A stretch of DNA of 64,000 nucleotides from Octopus vulgaris (taxonomy: Eukaryota): the NCBI GenBank assembly GCA_951406725.2, contig OX597815.1, forward strand, positions 109,988,001 to 110,052,000, written 5' to 3'. Below the pieces are notes generated by a model, which saw nothing but the letters and a program-made list of their open reading frames with translations, had not been told where the DNA came from and made no database searches. Shown piece by piece: positions 1-12,962 of the stretch. The translations under genes were made by a program, and so were the position numbers. The first letter of the stretch is position 1. Each line of letters begins with the position of its first letter.

Positions 1-126
1 ATACATGTATTAATTGTAGTAAACATATAATAATGCAGGGCGAATTTACATGGAGTAATGTTTTGAAATCAACGATAACTAATAAAAAAGTGGTGAAAAC
101 GGTATTGTAGAACAGCCTTAATAACA

Positions 127-345
127 ATGATTTCAAATTTTTTGATACGGCCAGCAACTTCAGTGGAAAAGGATAAATCAATATCTTCGAAATATGTGCT
201 TGAATTGTACTTATTTCATCGATCTCAAAAGGACGAAAAGCAAAGTCGACCTCGGTGGCATTTGAACTCAGATCGTGAGGCTAGAAGGAAGGCCGCTAAG
301 CATTTTGTCCGCTGCTGTAACGATTCGGCTATCACATCACCTTAA
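127..345 (-). mobile_element. tRNA-derived SINE, family A (diverged copy)
   Basis: Reverse complement matches the other family A copies in the window (CAAAGTCGACCTCGG...TTTGAACTCAG; GCTAAGCATTTTGTCCG). Confidence 0.75.
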
Positions 346-360
346 CAACCATAATAACAA

Positions 361-470
361 TGGTTTCAAATTTTAGCACAAGGCTAACAACTTCGGAGAT
401 GGGAGTAAATCTATTACATCGATCTTAGTACTCAAATGGCACCTATTTTATCGACCCCGAAAGGATAATT
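361..470 (-). mobile_element. SINE family A 3' fragment, interrupted by the MITE at 471
   Basis: TGGTTTCAAATTTTAGCACAAGG...TTTATCGACCCCGAAAGGAT, as in the copies at 3201-3305 and 44635-44800. Confidence 0.75.
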
Positions 471-919
471 GGATCTTGTCGGTTTGAACGGCAGTTTTTA
501 AAAATAATTTCCACGTAACTAAACACTTTTAAACTTCGTATACTGGTAGAATGTGTTTATAAAACATCTTTTTCTCTTGGCTTTATTGAGAAAATTCTAT
601 AGTTTGTAAGATATTTGTTGTTTTTTTTCTTCAATTTCTGCAATTTTAACCAATCAATGACGTCTATTGAGGTGAAAACATTCTGTGCCGTATGAATATG
701 TCCCTCGTTTAAGAAACAGATTGGGTTTATTTACATTTCTGAAGAAAAAAAGATACCCTTCTCCCCACCCCTAAACCTAACCCTAACCCTAACTAACCCT
801 AACTAACCCTAACCCTAAAACAGATTGAAATGCAATAGATCGATACTAGGGTCATAATTATGGGTGACACTTTCATATGACACCGCTAGAAAAAACTGCC
901 GTTCAAACCGAAAAGATCC
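471..919. mobile_element. Non-autonomous TIR DNA transposon (MITE) with internal telomeric repeats, copy 1; GG termini and 8-bp TSD (Merlin-like, unconfirmed)
   Basis: About 29-bp TIRs GGATCTTGTCGGTTTGAACGGCAGTTTTT / AAAAACTGCCGTTCAAACCGAAAAGATCC; TSD GGATAATT (463-470) / GGATGATT (920-927); second copy at 38528-38932. Confidence 0.9.
769..818 (-). repeat. Interstitial telomere-like (TTAGGG)n array inside the MITE
   Basis: CCCTAAACCTAACCCTAACCCTAACTAACCCTAACTAACCCTAACCCTAA. Confidence 0.85.
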
Positions 920-1815
920 GGATGATTTCTTTTATTAGCTACGTGAACTCAATACATTAGAGACAGCACAAAGGCAAAACACTGGAGTATAAGCAACAAA
1001 AATACAAAGTAATTCGTCAACTCAAATATAATATCAATAACATTAATAACAATTATTATAAATGAAAATTGAAGGCAGTGGAAGAAGATAAGAATGAAAA
1101 TGATGGTGGCGGCGGAGAATGACATTAGATCGATAAAGTAAGTACCAGTCAAATAGCTCAGGATTTGATCGACCTAATCGGGTATATCCGTTTCGCGAAA
1201 CTTCCGGTCTTGCGCCTTCCTCAGAAATCGTTTTCATTGTTTATTTTGTTTTCAGAATTCGTATCAATAATTTTTGCCGAATCGCTTTCTGTTTAAATAT
1301 TATTGATATTTGTTTCATTGCTCATCTGAGTGCGTCAGTACGTTCGTTTATTTTAAACGCTCCTTTGTCACACATTGTTGACAATGTGAGTTGTGCTGAT
1401 GATGTATAACTCTTTACAGAAACGATATCCGCGTAGTGTCTCATAACAGAATTTACTTATAAGTAACTCCCGGGTGTAAAAGATCGTTATAAACAATTTC
1501 CGTTCACTATTAAGAACTAATATGTCATTTCACGTTAACAAAGGCCCAAGTAAAAACCTATAAACTATAATATATATTATCAATCAACAAAGAAAGAATA
1601 CGTAAATATGTCTCCGTTTCTTTGTAGGCTGGTAAAGCTTTTATCGTTATATCCCCTAGGTGTACATTTTATCAACATACGTCGACTCATTGATGTTGGT
1701 GGAGGTGGAATGGGGTGTGTGTGTGTGTGGGGGGGGAGGGTAGCGGTGATGTTGCGTGTGCGAGTGTGAATGTGTGCATAAAAGCACACACATAAACACA
1801 CATATATGTCATATG

Positions 1816-1853
<38 letters not shown>

Positions 1854-1950
1854 TATATAACATATATATGTGTTTATGCGTGTGCTTTTACGCACACATA
1901 TATATAAATATATACATATATATATATATATATATTATATTATATTATAT

Positions 1951-1981
<31 letters not shown>

Positions 1982-2062
1982 ATAACAAATTAATAAATAA
2001 AACATATGCATATATACATATATGTACGTACCTACATCTACATGTATATATACATGTATATA

Positions 2063-2372
2063 TGGGTACAGGACACCAAAAAAACGTCGAACACAATGAG
2101 AAACGAAAACATAAACACAAAGCCAAGGAAATAGACATTTTTCTTAAACAACGAAAAACTAGAGTACTGGACATATAACACAAGGAAAAATCCTTTCGAG
2201 AAACGCGGAGTAGATGAAACAGAGGCGACTGAAGAAGGGGAATTTTCCTTGTGTTATATGTCCTGTACTCTATTTTTTCGTTGTTTAAGAAAAATGTCCA
2301 TTTCCTTGGTTTTGTGTTTATGTTTTCGTTTCTCATTGTGTTCGACGTTCTTTTTTTGGTGTCCTGTACCCA
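2063..2372. repeat. Long inverted repeat (arms about 130 bp, spacer about 40 bp), probable inverted retroelement terminal fragments
   Basis: TGGGTACAGGACACCAAAA...CACAAGGAAAA is the near-exact reverse complement of TTTTCCTTGTG...TTTTGGTGTCCTGTACCCA. Confidence 0.85.
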
Positions 2373-3048
2373 CATCAACCCTACATCAGTTGTCGGCTGT
2401 CTGTCAACTCCTCATTTCGAGCATTCAACGACAATATGAGTCTTCGAAAGCAGTTGCTCCCATACATACCAAAATAAAATTTTGGATTTATGGAGGGTGA
2501 AAGTTAGGAGCAAAAACAAGATAGTGGAAACATACAAGGAAACCGAACAAAAACAAACATGGTGGTTCGTTAGACCAGAACGTGAGTAAAATAACGAGCG
2601 CTATATATGTATAAAGTATATATATATTCATGCACATATATACATTCATACACACATACACAAAAACGCAAACATACACATAATGCATATGAAAAATAAA
2701 CGTAATGTTTCTTTCGCCTGATTAAGTAACGTTTAGTGAGATACAAAGAAAATCTGTTACGAGAAAATCATCAGCAAGTTGATGCTCCCAGGGTGAAATG
2801 AACTATAAATTATTACTCCCGGTAGACACAGAGTATTGTTATTACTAATAGTAACATCCGACTTTAAAATCGACACCTTTTTAGACTTAACATTGTTCAA
2901 CAATGACCGTAAGGGTTGAATTTTGGAAGAATACAGCGGATTGGAATCGATGCCAATAAATTCATTCTTTTTGCTCCTCTGCTCAATGAACCGATTGCAA
3001 TGTGAGTTTAAATTAGCATTTTGTATCATTTTATTATTTACTATTTTT

Positions 3049-3109
<61 letters not shown>

Positions 3110-3122
3110 GCTACTGCTACTG

Positions 3123-3161
<39 letters not shown>

Positions 3162-3201
3162 ATAATAATAATAATAATAATAATAATGATAATAATAATA
3201 A
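3049..3201. repeat. Compound (TAC)n/(TGC)/(TAA)n microsatellite
   Basis: Direct reading. Confidence 0.95.
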
Positions 3202-3305
3202 TCCGTTCTGCTATAGGCACAAGACCTGAAATTTTGTGGGAGGGGACTTGTCGATTACATCGACCCCAGTGTTTCACTGGTATTAAATTTATCGACCCCG
3301 ATAAA
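3201..3305 (-). mobile_element. SINE family A 3' half
   Basis: CTATAGGCACAAGACCTGAAATTTT...GTCGATTACATCGACCCCAG...TTTATCGACCCCG. Confidence 0.8.
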
Positions 3306-3334
3306 ATAAGTGCTCCTATGAGCACTATTTTTTA

Positions 3335-3524
3335 TATGACGCCGGGCAAAATGCTTAGCAGCATTTCGTCCATCTTTGCCTTCTGGGTTTAAATGCCACG
3401 AAGATGAATTTTGCCTTTCATCGTTTCGGTATCGATAAATTAAGTATCAGTAAAACATTGGGTTCGATGTAATCGACTACTCCCCTCACCCCAAATTTCA
3501 GGTCTTGTGCCTATAACAGAAAGG

Positions 3525-3593
<69 letters not shown>
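3335..3593 (+). mobile_element. SINE family A with (ATT)n tail
   Basis: CGCCGGGCAAAATGCTTAGC...TTTGCCTTTCATC...CCCCAAATTTCAGGTCTTGTGCCTATAACAGAAAGG followed by (ATT)n. Confidence 0.85.
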
Positions 3594-3595
<2 letters not shown>

Positions 3596-3604
3596 GAGGA
3601 AAAA

Positions 3605-3828
3605 GCGGTCAGCTGGCAGAATCGTTAGCGCGCTGGACGAAATGCTTAACGATGTTTCACTCGGCTTTACGTTCTGAGTTCAAATTCCGCCGAGGTTGAA
3701 TTTGCCTTTCATCCTTCGGGATCTACATATCAACTACCAATTTAAGTACTGGGGTCGATGTAATTGACTACCTCCCTCTCCCAAATTTCAGGCCTAGTGC
3801 TTATATTAGTAAGGATTATTATTATTAT
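3605..3828 (+). mobile_element. SINE family A, near full length
   Basis: A-box-like AGCTGGCAGAATCG, B-box-like GAGTTCAAATTCC, core GCCTTTCATCCTTCGGG, ATT tail. Confidence 0.85.
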
Positions 3829-4365
3829 TGAGTGAGAGAGCAGTTCATGCCATCAAAGTGACACTGGGGTAAAATATACGAAGCCCAATATACCCATCAT
3901 GACTACCCGTCTGATAAGGGTACACCAGGCACATGCATCACAACCAGATGTGCGCGACATGGTGATCTCATATCAAGATAAACAGCACATGACCTTGCAG
4001 GTGGGGCCCAGTTAGAATTATCTTCAGGTTGAGTAGCCTATCCCGCTCAAAAGGTCCCTGAATAAGGGTTGTTTAAGGATGTTGAACGAAACACCCCTGT
4101 TTCCAAAGGTGAATTGTTCAAACCCCAAAGAATCCCTCTCAACACATGGCTATGATGCTCCCCCACTACTTCTGCTCGTGATCAGAGATGCACATATCGT
4201 CAGCCACTATGGGACATGCTCAACTGGTTAAGGTCAAACAACTGACAAGCAAATCTGTGGTATTGAGCAGAATATTTGCTGTAGCCCATCTTTTATAAAC
4301 AATGTACATGATAACACTTCCAATCAGTTAAGATCAAAAGGTATGAGAGCCACTGCCTGGTACTT
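3829..4365. mobile_element. Unclassified interspersed repeat embedded between (ATT)n/(CTT)n arrays
   Basis: About 540-bp complex, relatively GC-rich block with sharp microsatellite boundaries; recalled as an abundant octopus repeat but only one copy is visible here. Confidence 0.45.
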
Positions 4366-4681
<316 letters not shown>

Positions 4682-4689
4682 GACGAGAA

Positions 4690-5245
4690 GGCTGCGAGCT
4701 GTCAGAATCGTTGGCACGCCGGACAAAATATTTAGCAGTATTTCATCTGTCTTTAACAATTAAGTTCAAATTTCGCCGTGATCCGTTTTGTCTTTCATCT
4801 TTCGTGGTTTATAAAAGAAGTACTAGGCATGTACTGAGGTCGATGTATTCGACTTCCCCCCTCCACTCCTTCCCCGCCTTGAGGCAAAATTTGCAACCGT
4901 TGTTACAAAGTTAGTGCACCGGGCCAAATGCATAGAGACATTTCTTCGGTCTCTACCTTTTTGGTTTCAAATTCTTCGAATTCTGCTTCACTTTTCATTC
5001 TTTCTGGTTCGAAGAAATAAATAAAAGTTGAAAACTGGACTCGATGTAACCAACTTTACTCCTCCTCCTAAATAAATACCTGGTCTGGTGCCTACAGCAG
5101 AGATGATTATTACCAAAACGGTGAGCTGGTGGAATCGTTAGTAAAAAATGCTTAACGGCATTTGTTCCAGCTGTCTTTGTTCTGAGTTTAAATCCAGTCG
5201 GAATCAAGTCTACATTTCATTCTTTCAAGAATGATGGAATAAATA
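4690..5245 (+). mobile_element. Three head-to-tail diverged SINE family A copies (about 4690-4895, 4910-5105, 5118-5245)
   Basis: Repeated GAGCTG(T/G)CAGAATCGTT head, GTTCAAAT B-box-like motif and TTTCAT(C/T)CTTTC core. Confidence 0.7.
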
Positions 5246-7192
5246 CAGAAGAATTATATTGATATGAACACTTGTTTATCATGTTATTAATGTAAGAATG
5301 AAAGAATGTGAAAATCTTTAATAATTCTTTCAGTGGTTGGCCGTATTTTTTAATTCAAGAACCACCGAACTAGATAACGATTGAAGTTACTGAAAAAGGA
5401 ATATTTAGGCAACTTATAGTGTTAGTAGATACTATAAATACTACATGATTCATAGTCATTGTAATCTTTTCTCTCTCTATTGACCAACTCCATTTCTTCC
5501 TCCTCTCTTGTCCTGTCGTCTGCCTGATGCCCAGCTAATAACTATCCCGGTCAATAGCAGATTATCTCCCTTTGAAAACGTTACGTACGAACGCACATCA
5601 CGTCAGGCAGAATAATACTATAGCTACCCAGGTATTTCTGAAGGAAGTGATATGATGTAGAATATTACCTAGATTACTGGTATTTAGATCACCGATCACA
5701 AAAGATAGAAACATATAAAATACAGTAAAGTCGGTTGTAATTTGAATAAAGAAGACGGTAGTAGTTTTTTAAGTTTTTGACCCTTCAGTATTGTTTCTTC
5801 GAAATTTAACAGAGTTCCTTGACGAACTCGTGGATAAAGCAACAGAATTATGTTTGTGTGGTAAGATCGTTATTGATTTAATCCATTACAGTAATGTTCG
5901 TACTTGTTGGTTCATTATTCTATGAACCCGTATGGGTAAAAATAAGTTAAACTTCGTGGCGTTTGAACTCGAAACGTTAAGATTCATAACTTATAAATAA
6001 GACAGCATTTTACATGTCGCTCTGCAAGCATAGGTAATCCATCGTATATCATCTGCTGAATAATGCTGATTTACTTTCGAAACACATATACATAAACACA
6101 TACATACATGTACATATATGCAAACAAGCATACATTCAGAGACACACGTGAATACACGCACATAATATGAATACACATATATGGATAGTGACACACGTAC
6201 ATACACACATATGTGTATACACAACTAGAGCCACACAACCTTTATCTATACATACATACACACATGCATTCACGCATACATACGCACACATATATACATA
6301 TGCACACATGTTGAGATACATTCAATTGATAGGAAGGAACAATTTGATTCCATTTGTGAAATCTAGTCACTTTTTAATACGGCAAAATAACTTATCTTTC
6401 ACCTATAACTACATTATTAAATCGTTAGACCAAACATTACAAATAGAATTCTTAATAGTACATACATTTCTTAATAGTACCAATTTTGTTATGATAATTT
6501 TTTTCTTTTTAACTTGTCTCCTATTAATCATCACCCTAGTCCAACGGCAGGCGGGAAAATTCACCATTTACACAAATTAAGACAATTCAGTTTAAAAACC
6601 TTATGGCAACATCTAAATTTGGTAATACATTTTTTTTTTCTTGATCTGAATGAATATTATCACCGATACAAAATCATTATATCTACAAACAGTATATAAT
6701 TATATATATTAAAACTGTACAACAATTGAAATTGAAATAAAATAGAATGCATTCGATTTTATTTCTCGTGTGTGCGTAACATGCATACATACGTACGTAC
6801 GTACACACTCTCACACACACTGCGCACACATGTTTACCTAGATATGGATGTGTGTATGTGTATATATATATACACATACATATATACACACACACATACA
6901 CACACACACATATATATAAGTAAAAACATACATAAACACACATAAAAATACACGCGGTCACATATCTGTTTCCTTTGCACGTGAGCGAAGGAAATACAAT
7001 AAAAATAACATAATTATATGGAATATGAATTAATCAAAACGAGTAGAGATGTAAACGAAAAACATTAGAAGGAATGACACAACAACAATAGGTCAATGCT
7101 TGGAATCGAACTTGGAAGCTTGGGCTTAGTAGCTCGCGCTCTTTACCACTGCGGCATATGCACGTGGGCAGTTATCGAATGAATTTTAGGGC

Positions 7193-9480
7193 TTATAAAT
7201 CTAATATTTTACTATTCTTCCTTAATTCCGGTTCCCGTATGCTGCTCATATCTGCCCTCGGTCTGCTTAGTAGGCTGATGTGTCCTAGCATACTTGCTGC
7301 TTCTTTTAGTTTTCGTACTTTCCAATGATGTTCTCTGTCTATTATTTTAACTTCATCCCACTGGGGGAGATGGTCTCCATTTTTCCATACATGATCAGCT
7401 ATACCCGATTTATCAATATCTCCTCGTGTCACATCTTTAGGATGTTCGTCTACCCTTATTTTGAGTGGGCGGTATGTTTCGCCTTTGTATAACCTACTAC
7501 AGTTGCATGGGATCAAGGGATGGAGTACACGCAGTCTTTGGACATATTCTCTTCTAGTGGTAGTCTTACTCGGAGATATTTGCGAAGTGTTGTATTACTC
7601 TTGAATACTGTCCTAATGTCATCTGGGCCGCATATTTGTATCTTTTCGGAGATGCCTTTCACATAGGGTTGACAGATTGTGGCCAGTTTATTGGTTTCAT
7701 ACTCTCTTTTCATCATTATTGGAGTGGAGAGTATATTTTGGGCTAGTTGTTGCTTAATAGATTGTTATTGAGCTTGATCATTTCTTCGTGTGTGTATCAC
7801 GATCACTACTTATATTCTTTGCACGATGTTTTAGGCACTGAGCAATCCTTCTCTTTACACTGTATGGATGTGGGAATTGAAGTTTAAGTATCGTCCAGTG
7901 AAGGTCGGCTTGCGGTATACGGATGTCCTTAATCCATACTTGGTGCGTGTTATTAATACGTCCAGGAATACTAGCTAATTGTCTTATTCCTTTTCCGTTG
8001 TGAACTGTATGGGTGGCTTTATTGGGTTCACATGATCTAACAGCACTTGGACGTTTTCCTGGTGGGGCCAAAGTATAAAGGTATCATCAACATATTGCAG
8101 CCACAGGGTTGGTTTTAGTGGTGTTGATCCTAAAGCCAAATTCTCAATATTCCATGTATATATTGGCTATTATCGGTGATAATGGTGAACCCATGGCTAA
8201 ACCCTTCTTCCTGTCGATATATATCAGTGTCCATACTGAAGTAGGTAGTTTCTACACAGAAGATCAACATTTCCATCAAGTTACCTATTGGTATACTTGT
8301 GCGTTCTTTTAGATGAGCGTCTGTCACTAGTTTTTCTTGAATCACCGATAGTGCTTCACCAGCTGGGACTTTGGTGAATAGACTTATCACATCTAGACTC
8401 ACCATCTGGTGAGATTCAATGGGGGTATCCTTGATCAATTCTGTGAAATGGCTGGAATTCTTCACGTACGATGTTTACTTTTCAGCTAATGGACTGATTA
8501 TATCCACAGGGAAGCGGCTCAGTAGATGACATGCTGAACCTCTACAGCTCACAATAGGTCTTAATGGATTACCATCGTTGTGAATCTTAGGGAGACCGTA
8601 CATGTGTGGTACTTTACTGTAGTGTTGAGTAAGTTGTCTGTACTTCATTGGTGTAAAATGATCCTTGTTCTTGATCGAGATCTGTGACAACTTCCTCTCT
8701 GTTTTCAGAGTTGGATCTTTCTTTTCTTTGCTGTAGCTTACCAATTTTTCAGACTAGTCAGACTTATTCATCACCACTGTAGTATTTTCCATGTCCACTG
8801 TAAATATTATGATGGAACTGTCACTCTGTAGTCATTTGATAACGTAATTTTCTTCCTTAGTGATGTTTGTTTGGGAGGTTTTGCTTTTTCTAGTACCTGT
8901 CTCACTTTCCACCTTAGTTCATCTCTCTGAGCTTTTGGTATCTTTATGGCTATCTCTTCAATAGGGGGTATTATATCCAAATATGGAATGCGCTTGATGT
9001 TTGTCGCAAAGTTGAGATCTTTGTTCAGTACTGCTTCTTCAGAGCTTTCTAGATGTTGGCTACTTACATTAATTACTGCTTTAGCAGGTGGGTGACGGAC
9101 TTCAGTCTTCATCCCCTGACATTTGAGTTTCATAAACTTCTTAATCTGGCGTGTCTTCATTTCAAATTCTTTCATGTACGACTTTTCTAAGTCTTGTTTG
9201 TTCTCTTTCTATCATCATCTCTGGTTATTTTCCTAAGTAATGAAGATAAACTCTCTTTGAATTTGTTATTTGGTTAATGTTTTTTTTTGTAATGGATCCT
9301 CCCACGGACGAGGGCATGTCCTGCCCTTTCCGCTACTCTTCTCGCTTTATATGAATCCACTGGTGTCATTATATTCAAGCCAGGTAGTATTAGCTTTGAG
9401 TCTCTACATATTCACAAGAAAGTTAGATGGTTTGAAAGACGAGCTACATTTTGATGGAGTTTCTCTATATGTCTCCATTG
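7193..9480 (-). pseudogene. Frameshifted PLE ORF: reverse transcriptase plus GIY-YIG endonuclease
   Basis: N-terminal ARLSNHLTFL..CRD (about 9400-9470); VLNKDLNFA; MYGLPKIH...PLRPIVS; MVSLDVISLFTKVP; LQYVDDT (about 8080-8100); CVYSIP / YKGETYRPLKIRVDEH. Confidence 0.92.
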
Positions 9481-9484
9481 AAGT

Positions 9485-9592
9485 CGACTAGATAATACAG
9501 TTCTATATTACCGACTAGATAATACAATTCTATATTACCGACTAGATAATACAGTTCTATAATACTGACTAGATACTGCAGTTCTATATTTA
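9485..9592. repeat. Four-copy 27-bp tandem repeat in the PLE 5' region
   Basis: CGACTAGATAATACAGTTCTATATTAC x4, with small variants and no spacers. Confidence 0.9.
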
Positions 9593-9654
9593 AGCGATGA
9601 GGAATTATGTACATTATTTACATTTGACGGATATTTGTCCTCATCTTGTTTGTT

Positions 9655-9701
9655 AACACAACGTTTTCGACTGATATATCCTCCAGCCTTCATCGGGTGT
9701 C
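9655..9701 (-). ncRNA. Minimal type I hammerhead ribozyme motif (mutated) in the PLE terminal repeat
   Basis: Minus strand GACAC-CCGATGA-AGGCTG...CAGTC-GAAAACGT-T-GTGTT; core U4C change and an extra A. Confidence 0.65.
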
Positions 9702-9728
9702 TTGGGGAAATTTCGAACCTGGGTTCTC

Positions 9729-9835
<107 letters not shown>

Positions 9836-9856
9836 TATTATTATTATTATTATACA

Positions 9857-9930
9857 GATCAGTGCTTGGAATCGAACTCGGAATCTTGTGTTTAGTAGCC
9901 CACGCTCTTAACCACTACGCCATATGCCCG
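9857..9930 (-). promoter_or_regulatory. tRNA-like segment with Pol III A and B boxes in the PLE terminal repeat (second copy 7090-7165)
   Basis: Minus strand GGGCATATGGCGTAGTGGTTAAGAGCGTGGGCTACTAAACAC...GAGTTCGATTCC. Confidence 0.6.
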
Positions 9931-10049
9931 TTATTGTTGTTGATTAGCTTCAGCCCAAGTCCGACAGTTATGTCCGATTTATGATGAAAAGCGTTGCAGC
10001 ATTACCACATCACGTGTCTTTAGGAGCATATTGGTGTAAATATCTAATG

Positions 10050-10322
10050 AAGTGGTTATCAACAGGGGTCCTAATGACATGGGGGGGGGCATATAAGATT
10101 TTTGCTGTTAAAATATATCTGCACTAATTTGCTCATACTTCTACACAAAATATACAAAATATGTTTCTTTTTATACAATTCTTAATAATATCTAACCATA
10201 AAAAATAGATATGAAAAGTATCGTCGGATTTTAAAAAATACACATTAAATATTTACGGAGGTCTAGTGGAACAAAATAGGAATCAGAGGGGCCCATAGGC
10301 AAAAAATGGCTGAGAACCAGTG
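10050..10322. mobile_element. hAT-type (Charlie-like) MITE
   Basis: Termini AAGTGGTTATCAAC / GGCTGAGAACCAGTG resemble CAGTGGTTCTCAAC hAT TIRs; 8-bp TSD ATCTAATG (10042-10049) / GTCTAATG (10323-10330). Confidence 0.75.
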
Positions 10323-11171
10323 GTCTAATGTGTCCATGACAGATATTTGTGAAGTATTTCAATCAGAACTGTTTACAACATCGGAGTTCCCTTGTTCACA
10401 GTCGATTTAGTAGCAGTGTTAATGGTTGTATTAGTGGTGCTAGTGGAGGGATTTACTGGTCATTGGTTTGGGTTGATAAGAAATTATACTGCTTGTCTGC
10501 GGGATTAAAATGAAAGAAATGAAAGACCTAAGAACAACTTGCCCATGAAAAATACAAAAAAAACTAAAAAAAAAAGACCCAACAAAAATACAAACAATGA
10601 AAAAAATAACATAAAGTAAACGAGGGGAGCAGGTGAAGGAGGGAATGAGGGATGAGGAAGAGGATGTAATGGCGATGGTGGTAATGTATCTACTGCAGCT
10701 GGTGATTCATTTGTAAATTAGATGACAAACGACAAATGAATAAACTTGACGCCATTTAATGCTTGTTTTATGGATCATTCTCGTCATCATTTCCTTTCCT
10801 TCCTTCTCACCCTCTCTCTCCCTTTTTTCCTTTCATTTTTTTTTTTTTTCGTTGTGGGTATTGATGCGAATGGGTGGGAAGAAGGTTCGAAATAGGAAGA
10901 ATCATGGTAGTTATTTATTTCCTTCTTTTGCATGTTCGTTTATTTGTAGATATTTTCCAGATATTTTTGTTCTTTTCTTTTGGCTTCCTGTTTTTGTGTT
11001 TGTTGTTATATTATTGTTTTGTTTTGTTTTGTTTCATTTTTGAGTTTGTTGCCTTATTTTCTTCATTAAATAAAAAAAAATGCTCCTTTTGCCGTTTCGC
11101 TATTATTTTATGTTTATAGAATGTCTGACCTCCAGCACTCCACCCTCACGCTCACATATACAAACACACTT

Positions 11172-11210
<39 letters not shown>

Positions 11211-11947
11211 TCTCTATCTTTATCACTCCCATTCTCTCTCCGCAATGTCAACTGTCATTCAATAATTCTCTCCTCTTCATTTCATTATCACATCCGGGTT
11301 ATTAACGTATGCAATGCAATCACTTATCTATTCTTCCCTTAATTCTTTCATTTTCTCTTATTCTTTCTCACTCTTTTTCTGCTTCTCTTCGTCCCTGACA
11401 TTCTCATTCACTGCATAGCTGTTTCCTTTTTCATTCCTTTTCTCATTCTTTCTTTCAATCAGTTATTCATTCCAAAATTCAGTCAGTCAGTTACCTTGCG
11501 GTTTCTTTCTTTCTTTCCTTCTTTCCTTCTTTCTTTCTTTCGTTCTTTCTTTCTTTTTTTCGTTCTTTCGTTCTTTCTTTCTTTCTTTCTTTCTTTATTT
11601 CTTTCTTTCTTTCTTTCTTTCTTTGTATGTTTGCTTGTTTGTTTCTTTTATTCACCACCACCACCACCACCTCATTCACTCTCTCTTTCTGAATACGTTC
11701 TCTCATTTCTCCCTTGGGTGTTCATCTTGTTATTTGAAATTCTCCGTAATATGCTAGTTGTTATCGTTGTCTTTTTCATAGTTGTTGACAATGGCCAAAA
11801 ACGCCATCTATAACAATAACAGCATCAATATTGACGGCTAGATCAATAAAACGCGTGAAACATATATATATAAAGAGAAAATACAACACGCCAGAAACAT
11901 TACTAATAAAGAAAATTCGAGAGGTAATGATATCACTACATTGCTTT

Positions 11948-11986
11948 CTCCTCCTCCGCCCCCTCCTCCTCCTCCTCCTCCTCCTC

Positions 11987-12026
<40 letters not shown>

Positions 12027-12033
12027 CACCACC

Positions 12034-12098
<65 letters not shown>

Positions 12099-12102
12099 CA
12101 CC

Positions 12103-12170
<68 letters not shown>

Positions 12171-12172
12171 CG
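11948..12172. repeat. Compound (CCT)/(ACT)/(ACC) trinucleotide microsatellite
   Basis: Direct reading; alternating ACT and ACC blocks. Confidence 0.95.
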
Positions 12173-12602
12173 TCACATCTCTCTTTTATTTTAGTTATCC
12201 ATTCCTATTTTATTACATGAATAAAATCTGACCTTTCAAGAGAAAGAAACAGAAGATGTTATTGATGCCACTCGCAGGAGTTTTGCTGAGAGAATTGAAA
12301 GACGTGTCAGGCAGAGAATCTGTGTCAAGAATTTGAGTACTCGTACTCTTATGGCTTAACTAAGTTAGTTAAAAAAACACAATAAAACCTTTCTCGCACG
12401 ACAAAGTACATATCTCAAACTTCTGTAGAGCTAAGCTGACGCGGTGTCATCTGGTATATCCGTTGAGGTGTAGTAGTTGACACTTTATAAATGAAGAAAG
12501 GAATTCAACACTTACAAGCAAAAGTAAGCATTGGTAATTTCTATATTATTGTTTACAGTCCCGGCATCGAGGAGTGATAATAGCATCGGTAAGAAGATAT
12601 CG

Positions 12603-12962
12603 TGGCATTCCATCGGTTACAAAGACGAGGGTTCCAGTTGATCCGATCAACGGAGCAGTCTGCTCGTGAAATTAACGTGCACGTGGCTGAGCACTCCACA
12701 GACACGTGTACCCTTAACGTAGTTCTCGGGGAGATTCAGCGTGACACAGAGTGTAATAAGGCTGGCCCTTTGAAATACAGGTACAACAGAAACAGGAAGA
12801 AAGAGTGAGAGAGATAATTGTTGTGAAAGAATACAGCTAGTCAACCCACCCCCTGCCTGAGTCTCGTGGAGCTTTAGATGTTTTCGCTCAATAAAAACTC
12901 ACAACGCCCGGTCTGGAAATCGAAGCCGCGATCCGCTGCCCTAACCATTGGGTTATTGCGCC
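12603..12962 (-). mobile_element. tRNA-derived SINE, family C
   Basis: Minus-strand head GGCGCAATAACCCAATGGTTAGGGCAGCGGA...TTCGATTTCCAGACCGGGCGTTGTGAG matches 32169-32320. Confidence 0.85.

Noticed and set aside
769-818. Telomere or chromosome-fusion scar
   Set aside because: The short array lies inside a TIR element with TSDs and is also present in the second copy
2190-2250. Hammerhead (type II order) in the fold-back spacer
   Set aside because: GAAAC and CTGAAGA are present, but no stem III, cleavage triplet or stem I could be paired
9485-9592. 27-bp direct repeats resembling a CRISPR array
   Set aside because: Units are contiguous with no unique spacers, the context is eukaryotic and there are no cas genes
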